Origin: Octopus vulgaris
Lineage: Eukaryota
DNA: 64,000 nucleotides
Assembly (NCBI GenBank): GCA_951406725.2
Contig: OX597820.1
Location: 28,520,001 to 28,584,000 of the forward strand
Direction of reading: 5' to 3'
Shown here: positions 14,288-26,795 of the stretch, piece after piece
How positions within the stretch are numbered: the first letter of the stretch is position 1
Layout of the letters: each line of letters begins with the position of its first letter
Notes under the pieces: generated by a model
Told to the model about the DNA's origin: nothing
The model's input: the letters and a program-made list of their open reading frames with translations, nothing else
The model's database searches: none
Made by a program: the position numbers and the translations under genes

Positions 14288-14680
14288 GTGCAGGCATGGG
14301 TGTGTGGTAACAAGCTTGCATGCCAACCACATATTTTCTCATTCCCACTGCGTGGAACCTAAGTCAAGTGTTTTCTACTACAGCTTCGGACTGCCCAAAG
14401 CCTTCTAACTAGATTTCGTATGTGGGAATTATAAAAAAGCCTGCCGTATGTGTATGTGTGCGCACGCACCTTTGTGTATGTGTGTCGTTGTGTTTGTGTT
14501 TGTTCTCCCGAACAGTTGACTACCGATGTACTTTTCTTACGTACCGCGGTTCGGTAAAAAAGAAACCGAGAGAATAAGTACTGTGCTTTAAAAAAGTACT
14601 GGCTTTGATTCATTCGTCTGAAATTCTTCAAGGCGGTGCCCCAATATGGTCACAGTCAAAAGGCTAAAACCGGTAAGAAA
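14288..14680 (+). mobile_element. tRNA-headed SINE, family A
   Basis: GCAGGCATGGGTGTGTGGTAACAAGCTTG head, CCCACTGCGTGG, internal (GT)n, and AAGGCGGTGCCCCAATATGGTCACAGTC tail. Confidence 0.75.
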
Positions 14681-14687
14681 ATATATT

Positions 14688-15507
14688 CGAGGTCTGATCA
14701 ATAAGTATCTGGATTGTTGCCATAGAAACAAAGCTAAATGATATAGAGTAAAGCCGCTTGGCAAAATTTGACCTTAAACTCTACTCTGCATGCGCAGTAA
14801 GTTTTAGAGTTCTAGCTTACTTCTGCTTTTTACAGCAGTGCTTCGTAGGAAGGAGTTTAGTGTTTGATCGTCGGATTGACCATGACAGAGAATGTTGTCA
14901 TGGCGATACTTACTCAGAGGCCGACGCAAAGTTGCAGAAAATGTATGGAGAAGAGTGTATGAAACGCACACAAGTGTACGAGTGTTTCAGACGTTTCCAA
15001 AATCACCGAAAAATGTCGATATTGACGAATGTTCTGGTAGGCCTGCAAGCAGCAGAACTGAGAAAAACACCGCAGCTGTGCATGTAGCTGTGAGAGAAAA
15101 TCGTCGAATCACCATCCGTGAGTTATCAGAGAATGTGCAAATTAGTTACTGTTCAGTCCAGTCCATTATCATTGAAGATTTGGGTATGAAATGTGTCAAG
15201 AACGATGAAAATTTTTGAAAATTTTTGAAAACTTTGCTTAAACATCTGACCAGGTATCGCCAAGCTTTTAGCAAAATTTGATGCAGATTCTCCGCTCAAC
15301 TTTATCTGTCATGCTCAATGCGAAGATCACACGCTACACACGTTCCTTCAAAGTACTGCTGTAAACAGCGGAACTGAGCTTGATCAGTAAAACTTTGTGC
15401 ATATGCACAGCAGAGATCAAGGTCAATCTGTGCCAAGCGACTTTACTCTGCGAGCTTTAGCTTTGTTACTATGGCAACAGTCCGCATACTTATTGACCAG
15501 GCCCCTT
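14688..15507 (+). mobile_element. Internally deleted mariner-like DNA transposon with long TIRs
   Basis: The ends (CGAGGTCTGATCAATAAGTATC...CATAGAAACAAAGCTAAA and TTTAGCTTTGTTACTATGG...ATACTTATTGACCAGGCCCCT) are imperfect inverted repeats extending roughly 125 bp. Internal frames encode the mariner HTH region YGEECMKRTQVYECFRRF...SGRP...RRITIRELS. Confidence 0.85.
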
Positions 15508-15510
15508 ATT

Positions 15511-15578
<68 letters not shown>

Positions 15579-15799
15579 CTTAGTTCCTTTTACCAACTTA
15601 TTTGCTCTTCTTTGAAGTAGATCGTTGTGAAAGCACTTCTAAATTCACGCAAATCTTAAATGAATGTCCGAAAGACTGGATACGCCGATATGGATTTTAT
15701 TTTACTTCTTTGGAATTCACACTGATAAACTATAATGTTCTTCGTTTTATTTCATAGGGACCTTGTTGAAATATATGTACATATTACCAGTTATCATTA

Positions 15800-15950
15800 A
15801 ACTAGGAACCTTAAACTTACATTATTTACATTTGATGCTCATCTTATTTGTTGTTAACACAACGTTTCGGTTGATATACCCTCCAGCTTGCATCAGATGT
15901 CTTGGGGGAAAATGTCAAACCTGGGTTCTCATTCTCAAGGTATTTTTCGA

Positions 15951-16015
<65 letters not shown>

Positions 16016-16078
16016 TCACTGTCTGGAATCGAACTCGGAATCTTGGGGTTAGTAGCCTGCGCTCTTAACCCCTGCGCC
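15800..16078 (-). mobile_element. SINE-like element: tRNA head, (AAT)n, hammerhead-like 3' part
   Basis: Minus strand GGCGCAGGGGTTAAGAGCG (A-box-like) and GAGTTCGATTCC (B box), then (AAT)n, then CTGATGC-AAGCTGG...TCAACC-GAAACGTT. Confidence 0.65.
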
Positions 16079-17123
16079 TAGTTTTTTCTAAAGTAAGGAC
16101 AGAATTGCTTTTATCCTCTAAACCAAAAACCTTTAGCGAGTGTTAGATACATCTTGGTTTGTTAGGCATGCTAGAATTAAAATCCAGATATTCCGAAAAT
16201 GATACACTGTTTTAAGTAACATTGGTGCATTTCCAAACTGTAATATTTCTCATTTCTTGTGGAAGGACTCCGCCACAAGTGATGTAAATGACAGACAAGT
16301 CAATTAGAAATCATTTAACTGTATTTTGGCTCTATTTGTGTCTTAATGTGAAAGGACAGCACTTATGGTTAGTGGTAGAGAGAGAGAGAAGGAAGGCTCC
16401 ACTCATTGGTCTTCCCCGGAAAGGTGGCTAACATCGAAAACTTGCAAATGAGCGAACTCTGCTAATCAAACTCAAGAGTCAAATGATATTAAACCGAGTA
16501 ACGGATTTAATCAATTCTGTGAACTTCAGTAGCGTTTCCGTTCGAACAATTTCAGTCAGAAGACTTTGATTGTTCTGAATCTATAATAGAAGACCCATGC
16601 CCAACATGCAAAGGGGGAGGATCGAACCATGAAGTAGCATAGTGGCAAAGCTAACTCTTTAACCACCAATGTCATAAGCACTTGGTCATTTGAGATGTTG
16701 CAAATAGCAGTCAAATATCCCTTAAAACGCACCTTATTGTTTTCTGAATAGAGGGAGATCATGTTAATAGATTTTGTAATAGATACATACTTTGGCTATA
16801 AATTTTATGAAATAGTCAAGAATGGAAAGCTTTTGAAGATAGGGCTCCTAGTCAGGAGCTGAATCAAACAATAAAAAAAATTTGTTAATGGCGTTGTTCT
16901 TAATAGGCTACGTCTAGTATGTTTAATTGCTGGTTTCGTAGGAAAAATCAGCTGACTGTAATGTTTATCTGAGAAAGTTTAAAAACTCATCAAACTTCTG
17001 ATACAAACAGGAATTACCTTTGAAGTTTACAGGTTTGACTCCTAAGGCATTATTTTGTATAAGCATAAAAGAGACATTTAATAGGGAACGTTTTGTTTGT
17101 CCAATACTTAATTGCTGTTATTT

Positions 17124-17181
<58 letters not shown>

Positions 17182-18080
17182 TACACACACACAGACACAC
17201 ACACATACCCACATATTCAATAGTAATCAGACTGACCTTTCCATAGAAAGTAGACATTGATTTGACGTGTCACAAACTTGCACTGATGAAGACAGATGGT
17301 GGTGTAGCTGGTGACACGACTTCAGTATATTATTAGTATTTAGTTTATGGCTCAGGAGGTGGTGGGAAGCAAACCCAACCAGCACTGGTGATATTCCTAC
17401 TAAAATATTAAGAGAACTATACTGAATACACTGAAACCAATTAATCATTCTCTATACTATTGCTAACAACAAACTACTCTACTGAATATAATTATTGATT
17501 TCTTACATGGTCATACAAACACATATTGATCTCCGCACAGATCTTGCACGTATGTACTTACTACTTGAGTCGACCCAAGTCGAATGGCATTCAGAATTAA
17601 TTTCAGTGAAATATAATCTCAGGCAAGACATAAACAGAATATCGAAAAATATGTTATCCTTGTACTACTCTACAATTAACTTTAAACCCAGAACAGAGAG
17701 GAATACGACGACAAACTGCATGTTGCTTAGTTATGTCAGCAGTAGTTTCTGCTGACTAACTACATGTGAACAATAATTTTTTTAACTGTCTGTAACTTTT
17801 CATTTTTCAGAGAGACTTTGATCGATGAAATCGATACCAGTATTTCACTAATATTTATTTTACTGACACCAGCTTTTATGGTGGATGAGCCGAGTTTAAC
17901 CAGGTGGTAATTGAACAAAAATCATTAGATGACTCAAGTAAATATCACGCAGCATTTAAACCGGTACACATCTGGGGGTTTTTTATAATGTAGCCTCCCT
18001 GCTTGATGTTGTTCTATGTTAAATACCAGCTTACACATTACGATGTGTGTGCAACATTACCCATTGACCTTCTCCATTTG

Positions 18081-18487
18081 TTACTCTTTTTCTTAGCTGT
18101 TTCAGTCATTTGACTGTGGCCATGCTGGAGCACCCCCTTTAGTCGAGCAAATCTACCCCAGGACTTATTCTTTGTAAGCCTAGTACTTATTCTATCGGTC
18201 TCATTTGCCGAACCACTAAGTTACGAGGACGTAAACACACCACCATCAAGCGATGTTGGTGGAGGTGAAAAACACAGACACACAAACACACACACGCGCA
18301 TACATATATAGATATACACATATATACGACGGGCTTCTTTCAGTTTCCGTCTACCAAATCCACTTATAAGGGTTTGGTCGGCCCGAGGCTACAGTAGAAG
18401 ACACTTGCCCAAGGTGCCACGCAGTGGGACTGAACCCGGAACCATGTGGTTCGTAAGCAAGCTACTTACCACACAGCCACTCCTGCG
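18081..18487 (-). mobile_element. tRNA-headed SINE, family A (well preserved)
   Basis: Minus strand GCAGGAGTGGCTGTGTGGTAAG...GGTTCAGTCCCACTGCGTGGCACC head and GGTGCTCCAGCATGGCCACAGTCAAATGACTGAAAC tail. Several further copies occur in the window. Confidence 0.85.
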
Positions 18488-18547
18488 TTAATACATAAAT
18501 TGAAGAAAATTTCGCAGCATAATTTGCAAGGTGGTTTAGACAGGCAA

Positions 18548-18788
18548 GTGGAGGCGCGTGGTTTAGTGTTTAGGGTGTCAGCATCATCATCGTAAGATTG
18601 TGGTTTCGATTCCTGGACCGGGTGACGCGTTGTGTTCTTGAGTAATGCACTTCCTTTCACATTGCTCCAGTGCACTCAGCTGGCAAAAATGAGTAACGCT
18701 GCGATGGACTGGCGTCCCATCCAGCTGGGGAACACATACGCCATTGAAACCGGGTCCATGAGCCTGGCTAGGCTTTCAAAGGGCGCAT

Positions 18789-18819
<31 letters not shown>

Positions 18820-18821
18820 TT
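18548..18821 (+). mobile_element. tRNA-derived SINE, family B
   Basis: TGGTTTAGTG A box, GGTTTCGATTCC B box, CTGCGATGGACTGGCGTCCC core and (TTTA)n tail. A closely similar copy lies at 37063-37328. Confidence 0.85.
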
Positions 18822-19057
18822 AGACAGGCAACACAGACTCGGTTGCAGAGTGGTTATTAAATAAATTTAAAGAACTTGGTGATCTGTATAGTTTATATTC
18901 GCTCGATTAAAATGAACTTCTTCATTATGTTTGAAAACGTATGACGATCGAAGCAAATATTGAAGTAGACTACTGGTTAAAGGAAAATCGATTGGTGACT
19001 CACTCTCAAATACCATCTGAATTAAGTGGGTAATAATAATAATTATAAGAAAGTCAA

Positions 19058-19058
<1 letters not shown>

Positions 19059-19153
<95 letters not shown>

Positions 19154-19154
19154 C

Positions 19155-19191
<37 letters not shown>

Positions 19192-19229
19192 ATAGTAGTA
19201 GTAGTGGTAGTAGTAGCAGCAGCAGCAGA

Positions 19230-19287
<58 letters not shown>
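19059..19287. repeat. (AGT)n/(AGC)n compound microsatellite
   Basis: Read directly from the sequence. Confidence 0.95.
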
Positions 19288-19898
19288 AAAATAATGAGGG
19301 TGGTAATAATAATGGTTATAATTTAATTACAATGAAACTAGTAATATTGACGGTGGTGGTGGTGACAGTGGTGGGATGTAGAGAGGAAAAGACAGAGGAG
19401 AAGTAAGAGGACGACGAAGACGGCGATGTTGTCGCGGATGATGATGGTGACGATGACGACGACGACGATTATGAAGATGATGAAGATGATAATGAGGTTG
19501 AGGATGACAAATATGTCAAGGTACTCAGCCACAATAACGTTCATCAGCAGCGTAGAAATAAGTAATATTTAACAGTATACGATAACTATCAGCATCGCCA
19601 CCATTTCATTCTAATTAACAATAATATTAACAAATACAAATACAAAAACAGACGCAAAAAATGGCATTACAATGAATATTCCCAAGTAGCATTACATAAT
19701 TAAATATTAGATTTAGTTTTACGATATTTTTCTGTGTATTATTCTTATTCCTGTTCGTTTCTTTCCATCGTAGCGTCACAATATTTTCCTTCTGCAGGAA
19801 ATCTATTTCCTACAAAGCTTGCCATTAACGATGAAGTCGAGTGGAATGTACGTGCATATGTGTCTGTGTGTTCATATATATTTACACATAAATGTATG

Positions 19899-19968
<70 letters not shown>

Positions 19969-20461
19969 TGTGTATATGTATATGTATATATATATATATA
20001 TGTATATATGTATATATTATTTATATATATATATACATGCATGAATAAGTATTATAGAAATATAGAAATATATATACACATATATATATATTATGCACGC
20101 ATATATATATATATATATACAAACACATCTATATATATAAACTGTACATACTGATTCACATATATACGTAAATTGATTCGTTCACATGAGGGCAGTTTGT
20201 GTGTGTGCGTGTGTGTGCATGTGTGTGTGTATACGCGCGTGTACATGCATTACTTACGATATATTAAAACAGAAAAGAACATGTGACGAGTTTAAGTAGG
20301 TCTTCAGAGAAGAACCATAATAACGTACTATTTTCAAAATCTTTAAGACAAAGTAGAAATCTATATAGAATATTCCACAAGAAATTGAAAGTTTCATCTA
20401 CAAATTTCAAAATTTGCTTTGTTATTTCAATGAAGATCCAACAGTTTCATACATACACACG

Positions 20462-20494
<33 letters not shown>

Positions 20495-20510
20495 GTATAT
20501 ATATATATAT

Positions 20511-20946
20511 AAAGCAAATAAGCAACAAGTATGTCCAGGCATCAGTGCATTACGCTCGTTTCAAGCGGCTCCATTTAATCGATGAATGCAAACATTAGAT
20601 CAATTTCAAATAAACCGCTCTCCTCGGTCACATACGACCATATAGATTTCCAACATAGAGGATACACAATTATAATTTTTTGCAAATTTTTCTTCCCTAC
20701 TAGAGAATAAAATTTTGCTAAATAATAGCAAAAGGAAGCAATGTAATTAATTCAGTCTCTAGTGATGATGAAAACGTTGATAAAATACTAAAATGGAGTA
20801 TCCTGTATGTTGCAATCTATATGGTCATATGCGTCCGAGGAGATTAGTTTATTGCAAATTAATGTAAAATGGGCATTGATCGATTAAATGTAAACGCTTG
20901 AAACGGCCGTAATGCACTGATACAGGAACAACGTTGTTATTAATTT
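20511..20946. repeat. Diverged palindromic (fold-back) element, arms about 165 bp
   Basis: ATCAGTGCATTACGCTCGTTTCAAGCG...GACCATATAGATT...GGATAC is the reverse complement of GTATCC...AATCTATATGGTC...CGCTTGAAACGGCCGTAATGCACTGAT. Confidence 0.85.
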
Positions 20947-21040
20947 GATTTTTATTCACCTAACTTCGATCTGTGCGGACAATACTGGACTCACTTAGTG
21001 CCTCAATTTAAATACGTAATTCAACTAAAGCTTAATTCTT

Positions 21041-21076
<36 letters not shown>

Positions 21077-21374
21077 CGAAACGCAGAGTAGATAAAACAG
21101 GGGACAACTGATGAAAGGAATATTCTTTATGCTGCTTGTCTCGTTTCTCGTTGTTCGGAAAAAAGTTCGTTTTCTATGTTTTTCTTTTTTCTTTTCTCGT
21201 TTCTCATTTTGCCAAAGTTTTTATGATGTCCTTTACCCACATATAAATGTATACGTACATTATATAGACATGTAGATATATGTATATATATGCATATATA
21301 TATATATTATTTATATTGTATATATATATATATATGTATATACATATGTATGTGTACATATATATGTATATCTG

Positions 21375-21407
<33 letters not shown>

Positions 21408-21640
21408 ATATATGAAGTGTTAAGGAGAGTTCAAATAGGTTCACCTATTTATATAAACATATATTGCACCATGGATCGATGAATATCAGTTTTTAAATAA
21501 ACAAATGTATCAATAATTAAAATATCAAAACATATCTAAAATCTATGAAATGTTAATTCTATAAAAAAAAATTAATATGCATATATAAATAGACGAACGA
21601 GATTAAGTTGTAAAAGTGTAAATGTATGAAAGCATAAGGT

Positions 21641-21733
<93 letters not shown>

Positions 21734-22279
21734 AAGAGAGTGAGAATTACAATCGTAATAATTATATATATTTACTAGAAAATCTAATCTCAATGCTACG
21801 GTTTTTATTTTATTCCCTCTTTTCGTAAGGCTTCATTTCATTCACCTTCTTGTAAGGGCATATTTATTTATAAATATTTTTACAACCCCGCTCCAAAACG
21901 CCTTTTAATACGATTGTAATTCTAAATGTCTCTATATATATCTTTATACAGCTATGTTTTTATACATCTACACTGCTATAACTTAATCTCTATTTATATA
22001 TGTATATTAAATATTTATATATTTATGTATTCATAGATTTTTCATGTTTTAATATTTTAATGATTTGTATATTTGTAAACTTAAAAATTGATATCCATCA
22101 ATCCATGCTGCAATATATGTTTACATAAATTGTTGAACCTATTTGAACTCTTCTTAATATGTGTTAAATCTTGCCTCTGGCTTCTATCTGAGCACTTCAA
22201 ACTACTGCCTATACAATACACAAAGAAATTTTACTATGAAAAATCGACTCCGAGGAGCACTTCGTATAGGTAGATTTAA

Positions 22280-24163
22280 TGGAGAATTAATTCATGGGTT
22301 ATTCAATTAAAAATATCACGATACCATCTAGGGATGCGTATGTGAAAGTCCTTCTACAAAAAAACTAACGAACTCATTACTAAGATGAGATGGAGAGCAT
22401 TCTTTTATCATTCTAAATCAAAATCCAAACATCCTGTTAAAACTATAGAAAAAGATACTTACAAATATTATATGAACACTCCTCCAAATCCTGTTATAGC
22501 GAAATTTGAAAAGGTGTTAATGCATATGATAAAATAACTAAAATATTCTAAATATGCTAATCCATTTCAAAAAGAACTCTCTGAAAGCATTTCTAAAATA
22601 CGTTCCTCACAATATTTACATACGTTTTCTGATAAAACTGGGAACCTCTATTTATTATCTATTGAAACCTAAAATAGTTTAATAAAAAATAGATTAACAT
22701 AATTATAAACACGCTAACGTAAATGCCTTGAATGATATTAATAAAAAAAACATTATAAACTACTGAAGGATTTGGACCTGCTCAACAGAACTGAACCATA
22801 CGCCCCGAGATCACCACATTTTACACTGAAGGACCATAAACCTAACTTTCAAAGTAAACCATTTGTTCGGTTAATAAAATTAGACTTAGGCAAGATTAGT
22901 AAAACAATTTTAGATAGAGTATTACCTCGAATTAAAGAAAATGTATAATATACCCGTTTGGAACTCTACCGTAGACGTAATTGCATGACGAAATTTTATG
23001 TCCTCAAGGACAAACGTCATATTAGTTTTATCCAATTTGATATCTCGGATTATTACGCTTGAATAACACCTAATTTACTGAATGAAGCATTATCATTTGC
23101 TCAAAACTATATAACCATTTCTGCATCTCATTGAGATATAATCCTGGCTGCTATAAAGGCCCTTATAAATTTTAATGACAAAAATTGGACTCGAAATACT
23201 AACTCTGGCTGTTTTGATATAAGAATGGGGTCTTCGGATTCAGTCCAAATAACAGACATTGTGGGATTGTGGATTGTTTCTTCTCTCAAAAATTAAGCAA
23301 CACTTTCCTAACATATCCGGGGATCTCTATAGAGACGACGCACTTTTGGCAACTTATCCAGTCCCGAGAATGAACATACCCTGAGTCTGAACAGAAGAAA
23401 TATTTAATAAAATTTTTAAAAGATTGTAATTATAATTTAGATGTAGTGTTTAAAATAGATAATAATGTAGCTAATTTTTTAGGCGTTACACTTAATCTTA
23501 ACTCTAATCTTCACCATCCGTTTAGAAAACCAAACGAAATCCTTCAGTACCTAAATATTCTCTCTCATTATCCTACATCAATATTCAATGGTATGGTAAC
23601 AGCTATCTCAATTAGAATTTCAAATTTATCAGCGAATGAGGATGTATTCAATTCTCACGCTCTGTATTATAACCAAACCCTAAAGTTAAGTGGTTTTAAA
23701 AAAGAAATATTTTACATCCCTCATAACATTGTTAAGACCAAAATTTCAAATATTTTGAACGGAACTGGTTCACAATGTAGTAATAAGAACTCCAATTTAG
23801 ATAAACCAATTAAACACATCAAAAAACAATATGGGAATGAGGCCCGAATTAACAACATAGCATTCAAGAATTCACATAAATGTAAACGCTGTATCTCCAA
23901 CCAATCTTATCAGACCAAACATTGAAATTCTAGGAAACATGAAATTATATGGTTTGCCCCGCCCTTCTCTCTTCAGCTCAAATTTTTACCCAAATTATTT
24001 TTTTAGAATAGTATAGGAAAATTTCCTTAAAATTCATAAATACTATCCTATTTTAAATAAATCCTCTGTGAAATCGTCGTACTCTACAACTCCGAATTAA
24101 GGTTCAATTTATAGCTTCCATTAATAGATCTAAACTCACACTTAGGAAATCTACGCACACAAA
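22280..24163 (+). pseudogene. Penelope-like element, N-terminal and reverse transcriptase region (stops and frameshifts)
   Basis: YSIKNITIPS...KMRWRAFF, TLKDHKPNF, FIQFDISDYY, FDIRMGSSDS, LYRDD, NFLGVTLNL...RKPN and IIWFAPPFS are motifs typical of Penelope RTs. Confidence 0.85.
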
Positions 24164-25230
24164 TGTATACTATAATGGAGAAAGCTGCTTGTTAATTAGG
24201 TATGTAACAATTACTAAAAGTACTAAAAGAAAGCAATATCAAAAGCTTCACCGTCTGGAAATATTTTTATAAATTCATGTTCTAAGAAATTGCCTATAAT
24301 TTCGATTTCTGAAGTTTATTGAATTTTTGAAACTCCAAATTTTCGCAAGGTTATATATTCATTGCATTCACTGCGTTCAATTCTTCGTGAATTTAAATAT
24401 TCATTGCATTCACTGCGAAGTAGATTTTAAAAAGTAGATTTTAATACAGATACAGTCGATAATGAACCTCTATACCCAATCGAGTTTATCAACAAACTTA
24501 CACCTACATTCTCAGGGTTTCCACTACACATTCTCAAACTGAAGAAAAAGCGATGCATAATACTTCTGCGAAATTTACATGCTACTAATGGACATTGCAG
24601 TGACACACACTACATCATTGTTAGTTTACATGATCGTGTTACTGAGGCTGCGGTTGCTTCTGGTCCTTATGCAGGATCAACTCTGGTAATCCCAAGAATA
24701 CCCCATGTAACTCAAGAAGTGGAATTTCCATTTACATTTTCACGCAAGCAATTTCCTGTCACGTCAGGTTTTGCCTTAACGTGCAACAAGGCACAGAGAC
24801 ATACTTTTGAACAAACTGGAATATACCTTCTAACACAATTCTTCTTATATTGTCACACGTATGTTGCATTATCTAGAGCTCGAAAGAAGGCTAATGTAAA
24901 AATATTGGCTGAGAGAAATGGTAACTGTATGATTACTGACAATTGTGTCTACAGGGAGATACTACTTTAAAGCAAAATATGCTTTTTAGCAAGTTTCAGT
25001 AAATAGAATTAACACATAAATTATGTGAAAAGTAACATATATTTGCCTGGAATTAAATTGTTTTGTCATATTTCAACACATGCGAATGAATGGTGTCGTT
25101 ATATTCGATCATTTTAACTTTGGGTTTATTTGAAAAAGTAAGGAAATGTTATTCCCATGTGTTCTCACAGTATCAGACTTTTGTGTGAGAGTGTGTGTAT
25201 CACTCCCTCACTTCCTCCCTCCATCCATCC

Positions 25231-25294
<64 letters not shown>

Positions 25295-25565
25295 GTCTGT
25301 CTATCTATCTACCTATCTAACTATGCAACCTATGTAAGCTCTACGAATTATTAATGATAAATATATATAACAGATTGACTCTTTAAAAAAGAGTGATTAT
25401 AACTGATGAAATAGTGAAAGCAATATTTACTAAGCAAGTGAGCACTATTATGCAAAGATATAATTAGATGTAAAATATCATAAAATCATTACAATTAGGA
25501 ATCAAATGTGGAAATATTATCTAGTGGCTAGCAGGAAACCACTCGGAGGACGGTCGTTCTGCTAG
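24164..25565 (+). mobile_element. Helitron derivative carrying the C-terminus of the PIF1-like helicase
   Basis: Frames at about 24470-24970 read YPIEFINKL...GFPLHILKLK...IILLRNL...IPRIP...FSRKQFPV...FALTCNKAQ...YVALSR. The 3' end is a hairpin plus CTAG followed by T (25562-25566). The putative 5' end is A|TGTATACTATAA (degenerate TC start). Confidence 0.8.
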
Positions 25566-26480
25566 TCATTATAATGAACTTTATAACTACAAAACTGATA
25601 CCACCTCTAATGTAAATATTACGCCAGGTCACCCCTGATGGCCGAGGTTGACTTAACCTCTAGTAATCGGAAAATTAATGCCGATGCAGAGAGGAAAAAT
25701 CAGGTGATTTTCGAATTAAGGAATCGTGCCTGCTAGCCGGATACTGTTTACGTAGTAATGTAGGGTATAGGTGTTCTGTGAAGATCCCTGCTACACATAG
25801 GATAATAGTATAAATAGGAAGTACTATAGACTTTAAAAGCCGCTGTAGGACCCATATGAATTCTTTTACTAACGTAAAATATGAATTTTCTACAATGTTA
25901 GTTACGTATATACAAGAACTTAAACTAAAAAATATACAATATTCATTATCTTGGTTTGTAATAACAGAAGACTCCCCACCCCCGTACAATATCATTACGC
26001 GTGTATGTACATTATGTATTAGAGAATCAACGAATATTTTCCAATGATACGGCTCTAAATCATTAAATAAATTCTCGGATGTTATGTATTCCTGTAACCA
26101 TAGATACCGTCCAACATTTAAATATCTCGATAAACCTCGATAAATTAATCATTAAATTTTTAATTTTCTATATTTCTCTTAATTTCTATTCTCCTGCCAC
26201 CCTGTAACTTCATCTTGATCAATGATTATTTGCTTTACATTTAAAACATTTTCTAAATTCTATTTCCCATAATTTCTGCTATAATATTTCCTCTACTTGT
26301 AAATAAATGCACCTCCCTAACTAAATCTCATCTGCCCATTGCAACATTGTACGAAATGGGAATCCTGAATAATATGTTCTCTCTGATGAAGGAGGCAGTA
26401 TCCAGTTTTGGGAGTAAATATACCCTTAAAATCTATGGATTACTGTGCCCCTGAAACCACTGTAATAGGACTACCATCAA
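25566..26480 (+). pseudogene. Penelope-like element, GIY-YIG endonuclease and 3' pseudo-LTR
   Basis: CRCR...SCLLAGYCLRSNVGYRC...(*)IGSTIDFKSR..THMNSF...STML..YI..LK...CTLCIRE, followed by a hammerhead fold at 26376-26471. Confidence 0.85.
26376..26471 (+). ncRNA. Type I hammerhead ribozyme fold with long stem II
   Basis: GTTCTCT-CTGATGA-AGGAGGCAGTATCCA...TGGATTACTGTGCCCCT-GAAA-CCACTG-TA-ATAGGAC. The core is intact, the triplet is GUA, and stem I has one mismatch. Confidence 0.7.
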
Positions 26481-26504
26481 AAGTTTATACAAACAGGATT
26501 ACCT

Positions 26505-26722
26505 AAAGGCTCCACGAAACCACTCCATGATGCTCCGGCAGGGGGTGGTGGCGATCCCTGCTGTACTCTTTCGCCACAACTTTCTCTCACTCTTTCTTCT
26601 GCTGGCCTGTTCGCTTAGTCAACGGGGTGGTGTCATTTGAAGGTAAAAACAATGCGAAGCGCATTGTGATCAGCGATGTATAGCAACATCTAATAACCTG
26701 GTCGGTCACGGTGGTCACGGTG
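26505..26722 (+). mobile_element. Headless SINE fragment related to family C
   Basis: Shares GCTCCGGCAGGGGGTGGTGGCGATCCCTGCTGTACTCTTTC..CACAACTTTCTCTCACTCT with 6126-6190. Confidence 0.65.
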
Positions 26723-26732
26723 ATATATACAT

Positions 26733-26795
<63 letters not shown>

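Noticed and set aside
19026-19544. Ser-rich and acidic ORFs
   Set aside because: They are trinucleotide repeat tracts, not credible coding sequence.
25401-25428. CTGATGA-AATAGT-GAAA motif
   Set aside because: No stem II or stem I pairing; likely a chance match in AT-rich DNA.
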